64,000 nucleotides of DNA from Oculatellaceae cyanobacterium bins.114 (GTDB lineage: Bacteria; Cyanobacteriota; Cyanobacteriia; Elainellales; Elainellaceae). Location: assembly GCA_033764315.1 (NCBI GenBank), contig JANRJA010000077.1:91256-155255 (forward strand), given 5' to 3'. The notes under the pieces are model-generated. The model made no database searches. It was not told where the DNA came from and saw only the letters and a program-made list of their open reading frames with translations. Made by a program: the position numbers and the translations under genes. Positions 10,834-19,688 of this stretch are shown in pieces; within the stretch, counting starts at the first letter, position 1; every line of letters starts with the position of its first letter.

Positions 10834-11229
10834 TTAAGCGGCGATCGCTGGAGGCAAATCAGAGCCTCTAGACGCAAATTTGAGTTGAGCCAGAGGAACC
10901 TCAAGCGAGAGGCAAACCGGATGGCGATCGCGCCGATCCCAAAAAGCAAGTGTCTGGGCAAGGTCTGTATTTCCCCACAAAATCACCTCATAAGGACATC
11001 CAGGCAGGAGTTGACCAAGGCGCACCTCAAAGCGCAAACCCAGGCTAGATAAAGCTCTGGATAAAACGTTTGGCGTGCCAAAAGGTATCAAACCAAAGCA
11101 GCAAAATTCGTTAGGGTGGCGCATTGGGTGGTGCTGTCGAAAGGGCGATCGCATCACTAATACGCGAGGAGACAAGAACTGACCTGCCTTGCCATCTCCC
11201 AGGGAAAAGAACCAACCCCCTCGCATCAA
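10834..11229 (-). CDS. Hypothetical protein (true start may be downstream)
   Basis: C-terminal half looks protein-like (LGLRFEVRLGQLLPGCPYEVILWGNTDLAQTLAFWDRRDR); co-oriented with its neighbours. Confidence 0.5.
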   Translation of the reverse strand: MMRGGWFFSLGDGKAGQFLSPRVLVMRSPFRQHHPMRHPNEFCCFGLIPFGTPNVLSRALSSLGLRFEVRLGQLLPGCPYEVILWGNTDLAQTLAFWDRRDRHPVCLSLEVPLAQLKFASRGSDLPPAIAA

Positions 11230-11254
11230 AAATCATTGATCTCAGCTATCTCGA

Positions 11255-11276
11255 TTGTAGTGTTTTTGCACTACAA
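11255..11276. promoter_or_regulatory. 22-bp palindrome TTGTAGTG-tttttg-CACTACAA (site B)
   Basis: Perfect 8-bp inverted arms around an asymmetric 6-bp core. Confidence 0.65.
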
Positions 11277-11335
11277 GAATAGTAATTTGAAAGACCTGAA
11301 AAGGAGTTTTGTACTACTTCAATTCCCCTAATAAT

Positions 11336-11349
11336 AGTACAAAAGTACC
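11336..11349 (+). promoter_or_regulatory. Cyanobacterial LexA-type box
   Basis: AGTACAAAAGTACC fits RGTAC-NNN-DGTWCB exactly. Confidence 0.55.
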
Positions 11350-11375
11350 ATTCCTGTCCTATGGGCGACTATTCC

Positions 11376-11434
11376 AGATCCCCAGTTTCTAAAGAGGCAC
11401 CTTTTAGTCAGTTCCAGCAAGAAACCGGGGATCT
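11376..11434. repeat. Intergenic inverted repeat, small dispersed repeat type
   Basis: AGATCCCCAGTTTCT ... AGAAACCGGGGATCT, 14/15 complementary. Confidence 0.6.
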
Positions 11435-11707
11435 CAACCCCTAAATTGCACATCGCAGGGGCTAGTGGACAATAAAGCTGTTTACCCCTTGGAAATAGGG
11501 GATTAAATCAGGGATTTTTAGATCTCTATCTCGCTTGACACATCTGATGTATAAGTAAAAATCTATTTTTATCCGCGAAAACGCTAAAGATTATAATATT
11601 TCCTGATAAGCAAGATTGCTTATTGAAACTTTACAAAAAGGGGGATCAGTAGCCGATAATAGAGAGGCAAAGAGCAAAATGGTTTTCACTTTTGTAGGAG
11701 GGTTGGC

Positions 11708-13429
11708 ATGGTAGCACTAGCAGACCGCACTCAGACTCGGTTGACAATGCAGCAGGTCGATATTGCCCCTGATACTACGACCTTGCGATCGCTTGATTGG
11801 GATCGCGATCGCTTTGATATCGAGTTTGCACTGCAAAATGGCACAACCTACAACTCATTCCTGATTCGTGGAGAAAAAACGGCTCTAGTCGATACGTCTC
11901 ACGAAAAGTTTCGAGATCTTTATCTCGACATGCTGCAAGGGTTGATCGACCCTCAAAAGATCGACTACTTGATCGTCAGCCATACCGAACCTGATCACAG
12001 CGGTCTGGTCAAAGATATGCTGCAACTGGCTCCTCAAATTACAGTGGTGGGGGCAAAGGTTGCGATTCAGTTTTTAGAAGATTTAGTGCATCAGCCGTTT
12101 AACCGCAAGCTGGTCAAGAGTGGCGATCGCCTCGACTTGGGCAACGGTCATGAACTAGAGTTTGTTTCTGCCCCCAATTTGCACTGGCCCGACACCATCT
12201 TTACCTACGACCACAAAACACAGATTCTCTTTACTTGTGATGCATTTGGCATGCATTACTGCAACGACTTCACCTATGACGAAGACCTGGAGCTGATCGA
12301 CGAAGATTTCAAAACCTACTACGACTGCTTGATGGGGCCTAATGCTCGATCGGTGTTGTCTGCGATTAAGCGGATGAACGAGTTGCCAGAACTGAATCTG
12401 ATTGCCACGGGTCATGGCCCTCTGTTGCGCTATCACATTGGTGAATTGGTTGGTCGCTATCGGGATTGGAGTGAGGCTCAAGCCAAAGCAGCAACAACGG
12501 TTGGGCTGTTTTATGCGTCGGGTTATGGGTATTCTGAAAAGTTGGCACAGGCGATCGCTACTGGAATTAGCAAGACTGGAGTAACCGTTGATCTCGTGGA
12601 TTTGACCTCGGCTGATCCACAGGAAGTGCGAGAGGCTGTTGACCTAGCAGCGGGGATCGTCATTGGAATGCCACCCCAATCTGACGATTCAACCTTATCT
12701 GCCGCCATGAGCACGATTTTGGCAGCCGCTCACACGAAACAAGCGGTCGGGCTGTTTGAGAGCGGTGGGGGCAATGATGAGTCTGTTCACCCGTTACGTA
12801 ATCGGTTTCGGGAAATCGGTTTAACAGAAGCTTTTCCTCCCATCTTGATCAAAGAAACCCCAACGGATGCTACTTATCAGCTCTGTGATGAGGCAGGTAC
12901 TGACTTAGGACAGTGGCTCACCCGCGATCGCACTGTGAAACAGATGAAATCCCTCGATAACGAACTGGATAAAGCATTGGGTCGTTTGAGTGGTGGGCTG
13001 TATATCATCACTGCCAAGAAAGGCGACATTTCCAGCGCAATGTTAGCGTCGTGGGTGTCTCAAGCGAGTGCAAAGCCGTTGGGCATTACCATCGCTGTAG
13101 CCAAAGACCGGGCAATCGAGTCGTTTATGCATGTGGGCGATCGCTTTGTGCTTAACGTTTTAGAAGAAGGCAACCACCAAACCTTGATGAAGCACTTCCT
13201 CAAGCGGTTCTCACCCGGTGCCGACCGATTTGCCGGAGTCAAAACCTACGCCGCAGTCAACGGTTCCCCCATTCTGGCCGATGCCCTAGCCTATTTAGAG
13301 TGTGAAGTAGTGAGCCGGATCGAGTGCAGCGATCACTGGATTGTTTACAGCACTGTTGACGCAGGACGGATTTCTAAGGTTGATGCGTTAACGGCTGTTC
13401 ACCATCGCAAGGTAGGCAACCACTACTAA
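11708..13429 (+). CDS. flv4: Flavodiiron protein, Flv3/Flv4 clade (Flv4-like)
   Basis: Canonical diiron motif HTEPDH, then LHWPD, a flavodoxin domain and a C-terminal flavin reductase (HHRKVGNHY). The flv4-versus-flv3 call rests on recalled similarity and the downstream partner; a tree is needed. Confidence 0.72.
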   Translation: MVALADRTQTRLTMQQVDIAPDTTTLRSLDWDRDRFDIEFALQNGTTYNSFLIRGEKTALVDTSHEKFRDLYLDMLQGLIDPQKIDYLIVSHTEPDHSGLVKDMLQLAPQITVVGAKVAIQFLEDLVHQPFNRKLVKSGDRLDLGNGHELEFVSAPNLHWPDTIFTYDHKTQILFTCDAFGMHYCNDFTYDEDLELIDEDFKTYYDCLMGPNARSVLSAIKRMNELPELNLIATGHGPLLRYHIGELVGRYRDWSEAQAKAATTVGLFYASGYGYSEKLAQAIATGISKTGVTVDLVDLTSADPQEVREAVDLAAGIVIGMPPQSDDSTLSAAMSTILAAAHTKQAVGLFESGGGNDESVHPLRNRFREIGLTEAFPPILIKETPTDATYQLCDEAGTDLGQWLTRDRTVKQMKSLDNELDKALGRLSGGLYIITAKKGDISSAMLASWVSQASAKPLGITIAVAKDRAIESFMHVGDRFVLNVLEEGNHQTLMKHFLKRFSPGADRFAGVKTYAAVNGSPILADALAYLECEVVSRIECSDHWIVYSTVDAGRISKVDALTAVHHRKVGNHY

Positions 13430-13462
13430 GGATTGTGAATCAATCCGTTGCGCAAAACCCTT

Positions 13463-13574
13463 GTAGAGAGATAGTAGTGCTATGTCTCTCATTCAAGTTG
13501 CATGTTTGGTGTGGGCAATGACATTTAAACCAGCAGGCTCCTTGAAGATATCTGACCCAATACATTGCCCCTAC
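13463..13574. repeat. REP-like hairpins in the flv intergenic gap
   Basis: GTAGAGAGATAGTAGTGCTATGTCTCTC hairpin and GGGCAATG...CATTGCCC inverted repeat. Confidence 0.5.
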
Positions 13575-13602
13575 GACTCACCTCACACCCTAATCAATCC
13601 TC

Positions 13603-15324
13603 ATGGCTGACGTTAAACCTCGTGATGTTCAAGTCGCTAGTATCGGTACAAATACTCTGGTTCTGCGATCGCGCACCTGGGATCGATTGAAGTTTGAAGT
13701 GGAATATGCCCGCCAAAAAGGGACAACCGCTAACTCTTACTTGATTCAAGCAGAGAAAAATGCGGTCATTGATCCTCCAGGGGAATCCTTTACCAACATC
13801 TATCTGCGGGAATTGCAGCAGCATGTTTACTTTCAGAAGATTCATTACGTTATTTTGGGGCATGTCAATCCCAATCGGTTTGCAACCCTGAAGACACTGC
13901 TGGAATACGCTCCCCAAGCCACCTTTGTCTGTTCTAAACCAGGGGCGATCGCGCTCAAAGCGGCGTTTCCTAACCAGGATCTAAATATTCATGTGGTTCG
14001 AGATGATGAAACCCTGGATCTGGGCAATGGACACAACCTACAGTTTGCCTTTGTCCCTACACCTCGTCACCCCGATGCGTTGTGTACCTACGATCCAGCG
14101 ACTCGCATTCTCTATACGGATAAGCTGTTTGGGGCTCACCTCTGCGATGATGCTGTCTTTGATGAACAGTGGAAACAACTGGATGAAGATCGCCGCTATT
14201 ACTTTGACTGTCTGCACGCCTCCCAATCTCGCCAGGTAGAGGCCGCGTTAGATAAATTGGCGACGTTTACTGCCAAGCTTTATGCACCGGGGCATGGTCC
14301 TATCGTGCGCTATAGCTTGAGCCGTTTTAACTACGATTATCGCCAGTGGTGTCAGCAGCAAAAGACCCAAGATTTGAAAGTAGCTTTGCTCTATGCCTCT
14401 GCCTATGGCAACACCACTGCAATGGCAGGAGCGATCGCCCAGGGGCTACAGCAAGCAGATATCACTGTCGAGTCAATCAACTGCGAATTTACTGACCTCG
14501 CTGATATTACAGAGGCGATCGAGACGAGTGACGGTTTTATCATCGGCTCTCCAACATTAGCGGGTCATGCTCCCACCCAAATTCAGACTGCCTTGGGTAC
14601 CGTTCTCTCGACAGCTTCTAAAACAAAGCTGGCAGGAGTATTCGGTTCTTATGGGTGGAGTGGGGAGGCGGTTGACATGATCGAGCGCAAGCTCCAGGAT
14701 GCAGGGTATGCTCTCGGCTTTGAAACCTTGCGGGTCAAGTTTAAGCCGACCGATGAAGTGCTCAAACAGTGTGAGGTGGCTGGCACTGAATTTGCTCAAG
14801 CTCTTCGCAAAGCCCGCAAAAACCGTAGTGTGCGCCAGTCTGTAGTAGAAGCTCAGAGCGATCGCACCGAACAAGCTGTGGGTCGAGTTATTGGGTCGTT
14901 GTGTGTCCTAACGGCAAAAAACGATGAAACTGATACAGGGGTTCTCACCTCTTGGGTAGCTCAAGCCACGTTTAGCCCACCGGGACTGACCGTTGCTCTA
15001 TCAAAGTCATGGGCAGATGACGTATTGACCCAAATCGGAGATGTCTTTGTTTTAAACGTGTTGAAGGAAGGACGTAACCTGCGGCGGCATTTTGTCAAAC
15101 CGATTGCCCCAGGTGAAAACCGCTTTCACGATATTCCAACCCACCCTGCCGCCAATGGCTGCTTGATTTTAGAAGATGCTCTTGCCTATTTAGAGTGCAG
15201 GGTGCACGACCGCATGGACTGCGGGGATCATTGGTTGATCTATGCCACGATTGACAACGGCAAAGTGTTAGAGCCAGTTGGCATGACTGCTGTGCAGCAC
15301 CGCAAAACAGGCAGCTATCAGTAA
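13603..15324 (+). CDS. flv2: Flavodiiron protein, Flv1/Flv2 clade (Flv2-like)
   Basis: Non-canonical metal motif HVNPNR; WDRLKFEVEY and YRQWCQQQ...KVALLYASAYGNT recall Synechocystis Flv2. Confidence 0.75.
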   Translation: MADVKPRDVQVASIGTNTLVLRSRTWDRLKFEVEYARQKGTTANSYLIQAEKNAVIDPPGESFTNIYLRELQQHVYFQKIHYVILGHVNPNRFATLKTLLEYAPQATFVCSKPGAIALKAAFPNQDLNIHVVRDDETLDLGNGHNLQFAFVPTPRHPDALCTYDPATRILYTDKLFGAHLCDDAVFDEQWKQLDEDRRYYFDCLHASQSRQVEAALDKLATFTAKLYAPGHGPIVRYSLSRFNYDYRQWCQQQKTQDLKVALLYASAYGNTTAMAGAIAQGLQQADITVESINCEFTDLADITEAIETSDGFIIGSPTLAGHAPTQIQTALGTVLSTASKTKLAGVFGSYGWSGEAVDMIERKLQDAGYALGFETLRVKFKPTDEVLKQCEVAGTEFAQALRKARKNRSVRQSVVEAQSDRTEQAVGRVIGSLCVLTAKNDETDTGVLTSWVAQATFSPPGLTVALSKSWADDVLTQIGDVFVLNVLKEGRNLRRHFVKPIAPGENRFHDIPTHPAANGCLILEDALAYLECRVHDRMDCGDHWLIYATIDNGKVLEPVGMTAVQHRKTGSYQ

Positions 15325-15486
15325 CAGGCAATAGCGCGATTATTGAACCAAAGGTGAAACAGCTGCACATTACACCTGTCCCTCTGGTAAACCTAGCTAT
15401 TCAGCGATCTGTGCTGGTGTCATGGGTGAACGGTATGATTAGCCTTGCATTGAGCAGCTTGCTGCAAAAGCAAACTTAACTTTTAA

Positions 15487-15559
15487 TGAGCATGGAGGGA
15501 TTCGAACCCCCGACCCTCAGGACCGGAACCTGATGCTCTATCCACTGAGCTACATGCCC
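15487..15559 (-). tRNA. trnR: tRNA-Arg(CCG)
   Basis: Reverse complement GGGCATGTAGCTCAGTGGATAGAGCATCAGGTTCCGGTCCTGAGGGTCGGGGGTTCGAATCCCTCCATGCTCA; anticodon CCG. Confidence 0.96.
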
Positions 15560-15597
15560 ACGTAACCTTTCGAGAGTATAGCATTTTAGAATCATTC

Positions 15598-16083
15598 ATG
15601 CCTTATAAGCTACTGTTTGTTTGCCTTGGCAATATTTGTCGTTCTCCCTCAGCAGAGAACATCATGAATCACTTGATTGAGCAGCACAACCTGCAAGGGC
15701 AGATTGTGTGCGATTCTGCTGGCACAGCAGGCTATCACATTGGCAACTCACCCGATCGTCGCATGTCTGCTGCCGCCCAAACAAAGTTAGGGTTCCCACT
15801 CAAGGGAGCGGCTCGCCAGTTCACTCGACAAGACTTTGAGACATTTGATCTGATTTTGGCGATGGATCGAGACAATTATCAAGATATTTTGCGGCTTGAT
15901 TCTCAGGGAGTCTACGCTAAAAAAGTGCGACTCATGTGTGAGTTTTGTCGTCAACATCCTGATGAGGAAGTGCCCGATCCTTACTATGGAGGAACGGAAG
16001 GGTTTAACTACGTCATCGACTTACTCATGGATGCTTGCGGTGGATTGTTGCATGAGGTGGTTGAGCAGCAAATGAAGGAATGA
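15598..16083 (+). CDS. Low-molecular-weight protein-tyrosine phosphatase
   Basis: P-loop VCLGNICRS, DSAGT and VPDPYYG. Confidence 0.95.
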   Translation: MPYKLLFVCLGNICRSPSAENIMNHLIEQHNLQGQIVCDSAGTAGYHIGNSPDRRMSAAAQTKLGFPLKGAARQFTRQDFETFDLILAMDRDNYQDILRLDSQGVYAKKVRLMCEFCRQHPDEEVPDPYYGGTEGFNYVIDLLMDACGGLLHEVVEQQMKE

Positions 16084-16109
16084 GGGGATCAAGAATTCTC
16101 AGGAAATCA

Positions 16110-16176
16110 ATCATTACCTAATGACTCATGACGAATAACCCATCATCAATGACAATTGACAACTAACCATTGACTG
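16110..16176 (+). repeat. Degenerate heptamer tandem repeats (STRR-like)
   Basis: AATGACT/CATGACG/AATGACA/ATTGACA/ATTGACT-type units in intergenic DNA. Confidence 0.45.
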
Positions 16177-16200
16177 CGACTCCATTACCATTTCCCTTTT

Positions 16201-16641
16201 ATGCACCACGCTTCGATTAGGACATCTGACATTTTTCGAGCGATCGCCTTCTACGAGCGGCTCGGCTTTGTGGTGTGTGAACGGTTTACAGCAGGGGTAA
16301 CGCTGGCCTGTTGGATGGAAGGATTAAGGGGGCGGATAGAGCTGTTGCAGGTTCCCCGCCCTCGTCCGGCAGCCGATGCCTTTTCAGATGAGCATTACAC
16401 AGGGTACTACCATCTGTCGTTTGATCTCACCGATCAGGTAGAGGAGTTGCCTACCTGGTTGACGCAGTTACAAGCCCAGTTTGACCAAGCCGCCCAAGCT
16501 GGACAGGGAGAACCCCTGAAGGTGTTATTGCCACCTACCCAACAGATGATTGGCGATCGCGTCTATGAAGTGGCGTTTATTGCCGATGCAGACGGTCTGC
16601 CCCTGGAATTCATTCGAGTTTTAGGAGAACGGGAGCCTTAA
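16201..16641 (+). CDS. VOC/glyoxalase family protein
   Basis: HHASIRT..AIAFYERLGF, GYYHLSF and FIADADGLPLEF. Confidence 0.88.
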   Translation: MHHASIRTSDIFRAIAFYERLGFVVCERFTAGVTLACWMEGLRGRIELLQVPRPRPAADAFSDEHYTGYYHLSFDLTDQVEELPTWLTQLQAQFDQAAQAGQGEPLKVLLPPTQQMIGDRVYEVAFIADADGLPLEFIRVLGEREP

Positions 16642-18494
16642 AAACTTGTCGCATCCTCATCTTCAGTTAATGAGCGGCTGGGAGGCAGGTTTTCCAGGCT
16701 AATGATCGCTTCCATCACAGATTTGGCGATCGGCGCAGATACAGTTGAGCCATAAGCATCATCTCCTTGAGGCTCATCGATCACCACTAGAACTGCATAT
16801 CGAGGTGCTTCTACAGGCAAGATGCTGACAAAGCTGGTGATCCGGGCATGATCATAATAGCCTCCATCAGGACTAGCTTTTTGAGCCGTTCCGGTTTTGC
16901 CTGCCACCCGATACCCAGGAATTTGAGCCGCTTCTCCCGTCCCGTCGGTCACCACTTTTTCCATCATGGCCAATACATTTTGGCTAGTTTGGGGTGAAAA
17001 GATCTGAGGAGGGGTTGCCTGACTTGGTTGCCATTCAAGCTCACCGTTAGCATGAAATAATCCCTGGACAATGTGAGGCTTGACTAACCTGCCCCCATTG
17101 GCGATCGCTGCATGGAGTTGCAGCAGTTGAATCGAGGTTAACGAAAAACCTTGTCCAAAAGCAGTTGTCGCCCGTTCCACAGCCGCATTCATAAATTGGT
17201 CATAGGGTTTCATTTGGCTAGGCGACTCAAAGGGCAGGTCGATCCCCGTTGTCTTGCCCAACCCTAACCGCTCTAACCAACTGTAATAAAGGTTTGGTTG
17301 CAACCGTTCAATAATGTGAACCATGCCGACATTACTAGAGTGTTGCAAGATCTCCGTGATGGTTTGAGCACCCCGTCCGCCTCGCTCATCATAGTCATAG
17401 TTTTCAATCGGCCATTCACCAAATTGCAAAGTACCTTCATCGTTGATGACATCATTCGGGCGAATGGCTCGTGCTTCTAGGGCGATCGCTACATTGAGAG
17501 GCTTAAAGGTTGATCCCGGTTCAAACAGGTCACTGACTGCCCAGTTACGAAAGCGATCGACCTGAAATCGAAAATATTCATTGGGATTGAAAGATGGCTC
17601 AACAACCAAAGACAGCAGTCCGCCATCGCGCACATCCATGACCAACACAGCTCCCCGTTTTGCCCCAAATTGCTCCATTTGCTGCTTAAGAGCATAGCGA
17701 GCAGTACGCTGTAAGCGGCTATCGAGAGTCAACTGCAAGCGTAAATCATCCTGATGCACAAACCCCTGTGGCAGTTGATTGGGGATCAATCCGCCGTCCC
17801 CCGTCCGACTCAATTCAACACTCTCAGCCGAGGGTTGCTCTAGCATGGCCTGCTGACTAAACTCAATGCCCGCTTGCCCTTGGCGATCGACATCAACATA
17901 TCCCACCACGTCACCAAATAAGTCCTCTTGAGGATAGAGTCGTTGGGGATGTTGCACTAGCTCCAAGCCATCTATGTGCAAGGCTGTCACCCGCTCGGCG
18001 GTATCTGCGCTCAACGCATATTCCAGACGAATGCCACTATTGCCTTGACTGAGTTGACTCCATAGTTGAGCAGAGGTGCGGTTTAGCAGGGGTGCCAGAG
18101 CGTTGGCAACGGCTTCCTTGGGTTGTTTAAACAGCACTGGATGGGCATACAACGTATAAACGGGTTGGTCGATCGCTAACACATTGCCCTGTCGATCTAC
18201 AATTGGGCGACGTGAGGCTAACGGTTGCCAAGTAACAACCTGTTGTTGTTGTGCCCGCTCTCTGAGCATCGGAGCCTGAACAATTTGCAGCCAAAATAAG
18301 TTTAGAAGTAGCCCTAACCCCCCTAAAATCAAAATTCCCCAAACTAACAACAACCTCAAACGCGAAGGCTGAATCGGTTTATCACCGGGGCGAGACAGCA
18401 GGAGAGGGAAGTTACCCCGGTGAGGTAATCGCCGTTGAGCACGTTTGTTGCGTGTCGTGTAAGGGTGACGAGAAGAAGGAGGAAAAGTCGCCAT
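16638..18494 (-). CDS. ftsI: Class B penicillin-binding protein (FtsI/PBP3-like transpeptidase)
   Basis: N-terminal TM, RRPIVDRQG, SxxK (EPGSTFK), SxN (HSSN) and KTG (GKTGTAQ). Confidence 0.88.
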   Translation of the reverse strand: MATFPPSSRHPYTTRNKRAQRRLPHRGNFPLLLSRPGDKPIQPSRLRLLLVWGILILGGLGLLLNLFWLQIVQAPMLRERAQQQQVVTWQPLASRRPIVDRQGNVLAIDQPVYTLYAHPVLFKQPKEAVANALAPLLNRTSAQLWSQLSQGNSGIRLEYALSADTAERVTALHIDGLELVQHPQRLYPQEDLFGDVVGYVDVDRQGQAGIEFSQQAMLEQPSAESVELSRTGDGGLIPNQLPQGFVHQDDLRLQLTLDSRLQRTARYALKQQMEQFGAKRGAVLVMDVRDGGLLSLVVEPSFNPNEYFRFQVDRFRNWAVSDLFEPGSTFKPLNVAIALEARAIRPNDVINDEGTLQFGEWPIENYDYDERGGRGAQTITEILQHSSNVGMVHIIERLQPNLYYSWLERLGLGKTTGIDLPFESPSQMKPYDQFMNAAVERATTAFGQGFSLTSIQLLQLHAAIANGGRLVKPHIVQGLFHANGELEWQPSQATPPQIFSPQTSQNVLAMMEKVVTDGTGEAAQIPGYRVAGKTGTAQKASPDGGYYDHARITSFVSILPVEAPRYAVLVVIDEPQGDDAYGSTVSAPIAKSVMEAIISLENLPPSRSLTEDEDATSF

Positions 18495-18607
18495 GCAAAT
18501 TGGTGTGGAGGCTGAGGGCTAGAAGCAAAACGAGGATATCTAGGAGAGAGTCCGAGTTCTTAGAGGATATTAGTCTGTTTGTGCCACTCTAGCCCAGGCA
18601 GCGTAGA

Positions 18608-19294
18608 TTAATATCCCAGAGGGGTCGTTGTCTCTAAAGTCGGAGTATTTACAACCATTGGAGCCGGACGGGGTGGAGCAGGTTTCAAAGGAATAGCATT
18701 GCCAGGAGTCGGTTGCACCAATCCAGTCGCAGGGTTTTCTGCTTGCGATGCTAACTGATGTTTCAACGCTTCATTCGCGATGGTTAGCTGGAGTTCTTTT
18801 TGCCGTAGTACCTCTAGCTGATAAGAGCCTCGACCCCAGGCTAGTTGTGTGTGTACTGTCCAGCCATACACCGTAAGCACGGTTGCCACAAGCACAAGAG
18901 TGGCAACTGATGAGGTGCGCTGAGCTACCGTGAGGAGTTGAAGCCACGCAGGTATGGCACGGGGATTAGGCAGCGATGCGAAGCCGTTTCTTGGTTGGGG
19001 CAATCGCCCAGTTGATGGGGTTTTACGGAGTGTGCCTGCGGGCGGTTGCCGGACTATTTGCGGCTGTGAGCCTTGTTGAAAGGGTTGCTGCTGAAAAGGC
19101 TGCTGCTGAAGAGGCTGCTGCTGAAGAGGCTGCTGCTGAAACAGTTGTTGCCGTTCACGGCGAGTTCTGGCAGATGCCGGAAATTGAATGACATCAGCCC
19201 CATTGCTGTGACTATGCTGACTACTGGCACCGCGTTGATTAGATGAACGGCGATCGCGATTGGCAGGTTTGAGGACAGCAGACATCAATTTCAC
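18608..19294 (-). CDS. FtsL-like membrane protein upstream of ftsI
   Basis: Single TM followed by a coiled coil (LEVLRQKELQLTIANEALKHQLA); ftsL-like position; disordered N-terminus with QQQP(L/F) repeats. Confidence 0.6.
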   Translation of the reverse strand: MKLMSAVLKPANRDRRSSNQRGASSQHSHSNGADVIQFPASARTRRERQQLFQQQPLQQQPLQQQPFQQQPFQQGSQPQIVRQPPAGTLRKTPSTGRLPQPRNGFASLPNPRAIPAWLQLLTVAQRTSSVATLVLVATVLTVYGWTVHTQLAWGRGSYQLEVLRQKELQLTIANEALKHQLASQAENPATGLVQPTPGNAIPLKPAPPRPAPMVVNTPTLETTTPLGY

Positions 19295-19688
19295 TCCTGG
19301 ATAAACACACCGTACCTAGGAAAGTATCTATTGGATTTGAGTTCACACACGCTGTGGATAACCCTAAATCCTATATAAGCAGCGGTGACGCGAGGAATCT
19401 ATCCCCTTTAATGCAGGTATTCTTCCCAAGAAATACTGCAATGGTACAGATAGTTCCCAAGTATACGGGTTAAGTACGAAATAATAGTGTATTTCAATGA
19501 AATTTGCTGATTTTCAGGAGAAAAGAACCATCGCAAGAGACGAGAAATAGCAGAGAAAAGAATGAGAACGGAAATTGAGTGAATGGTTAAGCGTGCTGAG
19601 TGCTGCGTGTGCTCAAGTTATTGGGTTAGCCCACCATACGTTTGAGAGCACAATTTCGGCGGTTAAAGCCGCAACTATAGCCACTGCT

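Noticed and set aside
11255-11276. NtcA site
   Set aside because: The spacing is GTA-N12-TAC, not N8.
9890-15559. tRNA-anchored integrative element or prophage
   Set aside because: No integrase and no duplicated tRNA 3' end seen; the small-gene cassette is on the 5' side of tRNA-Leu.
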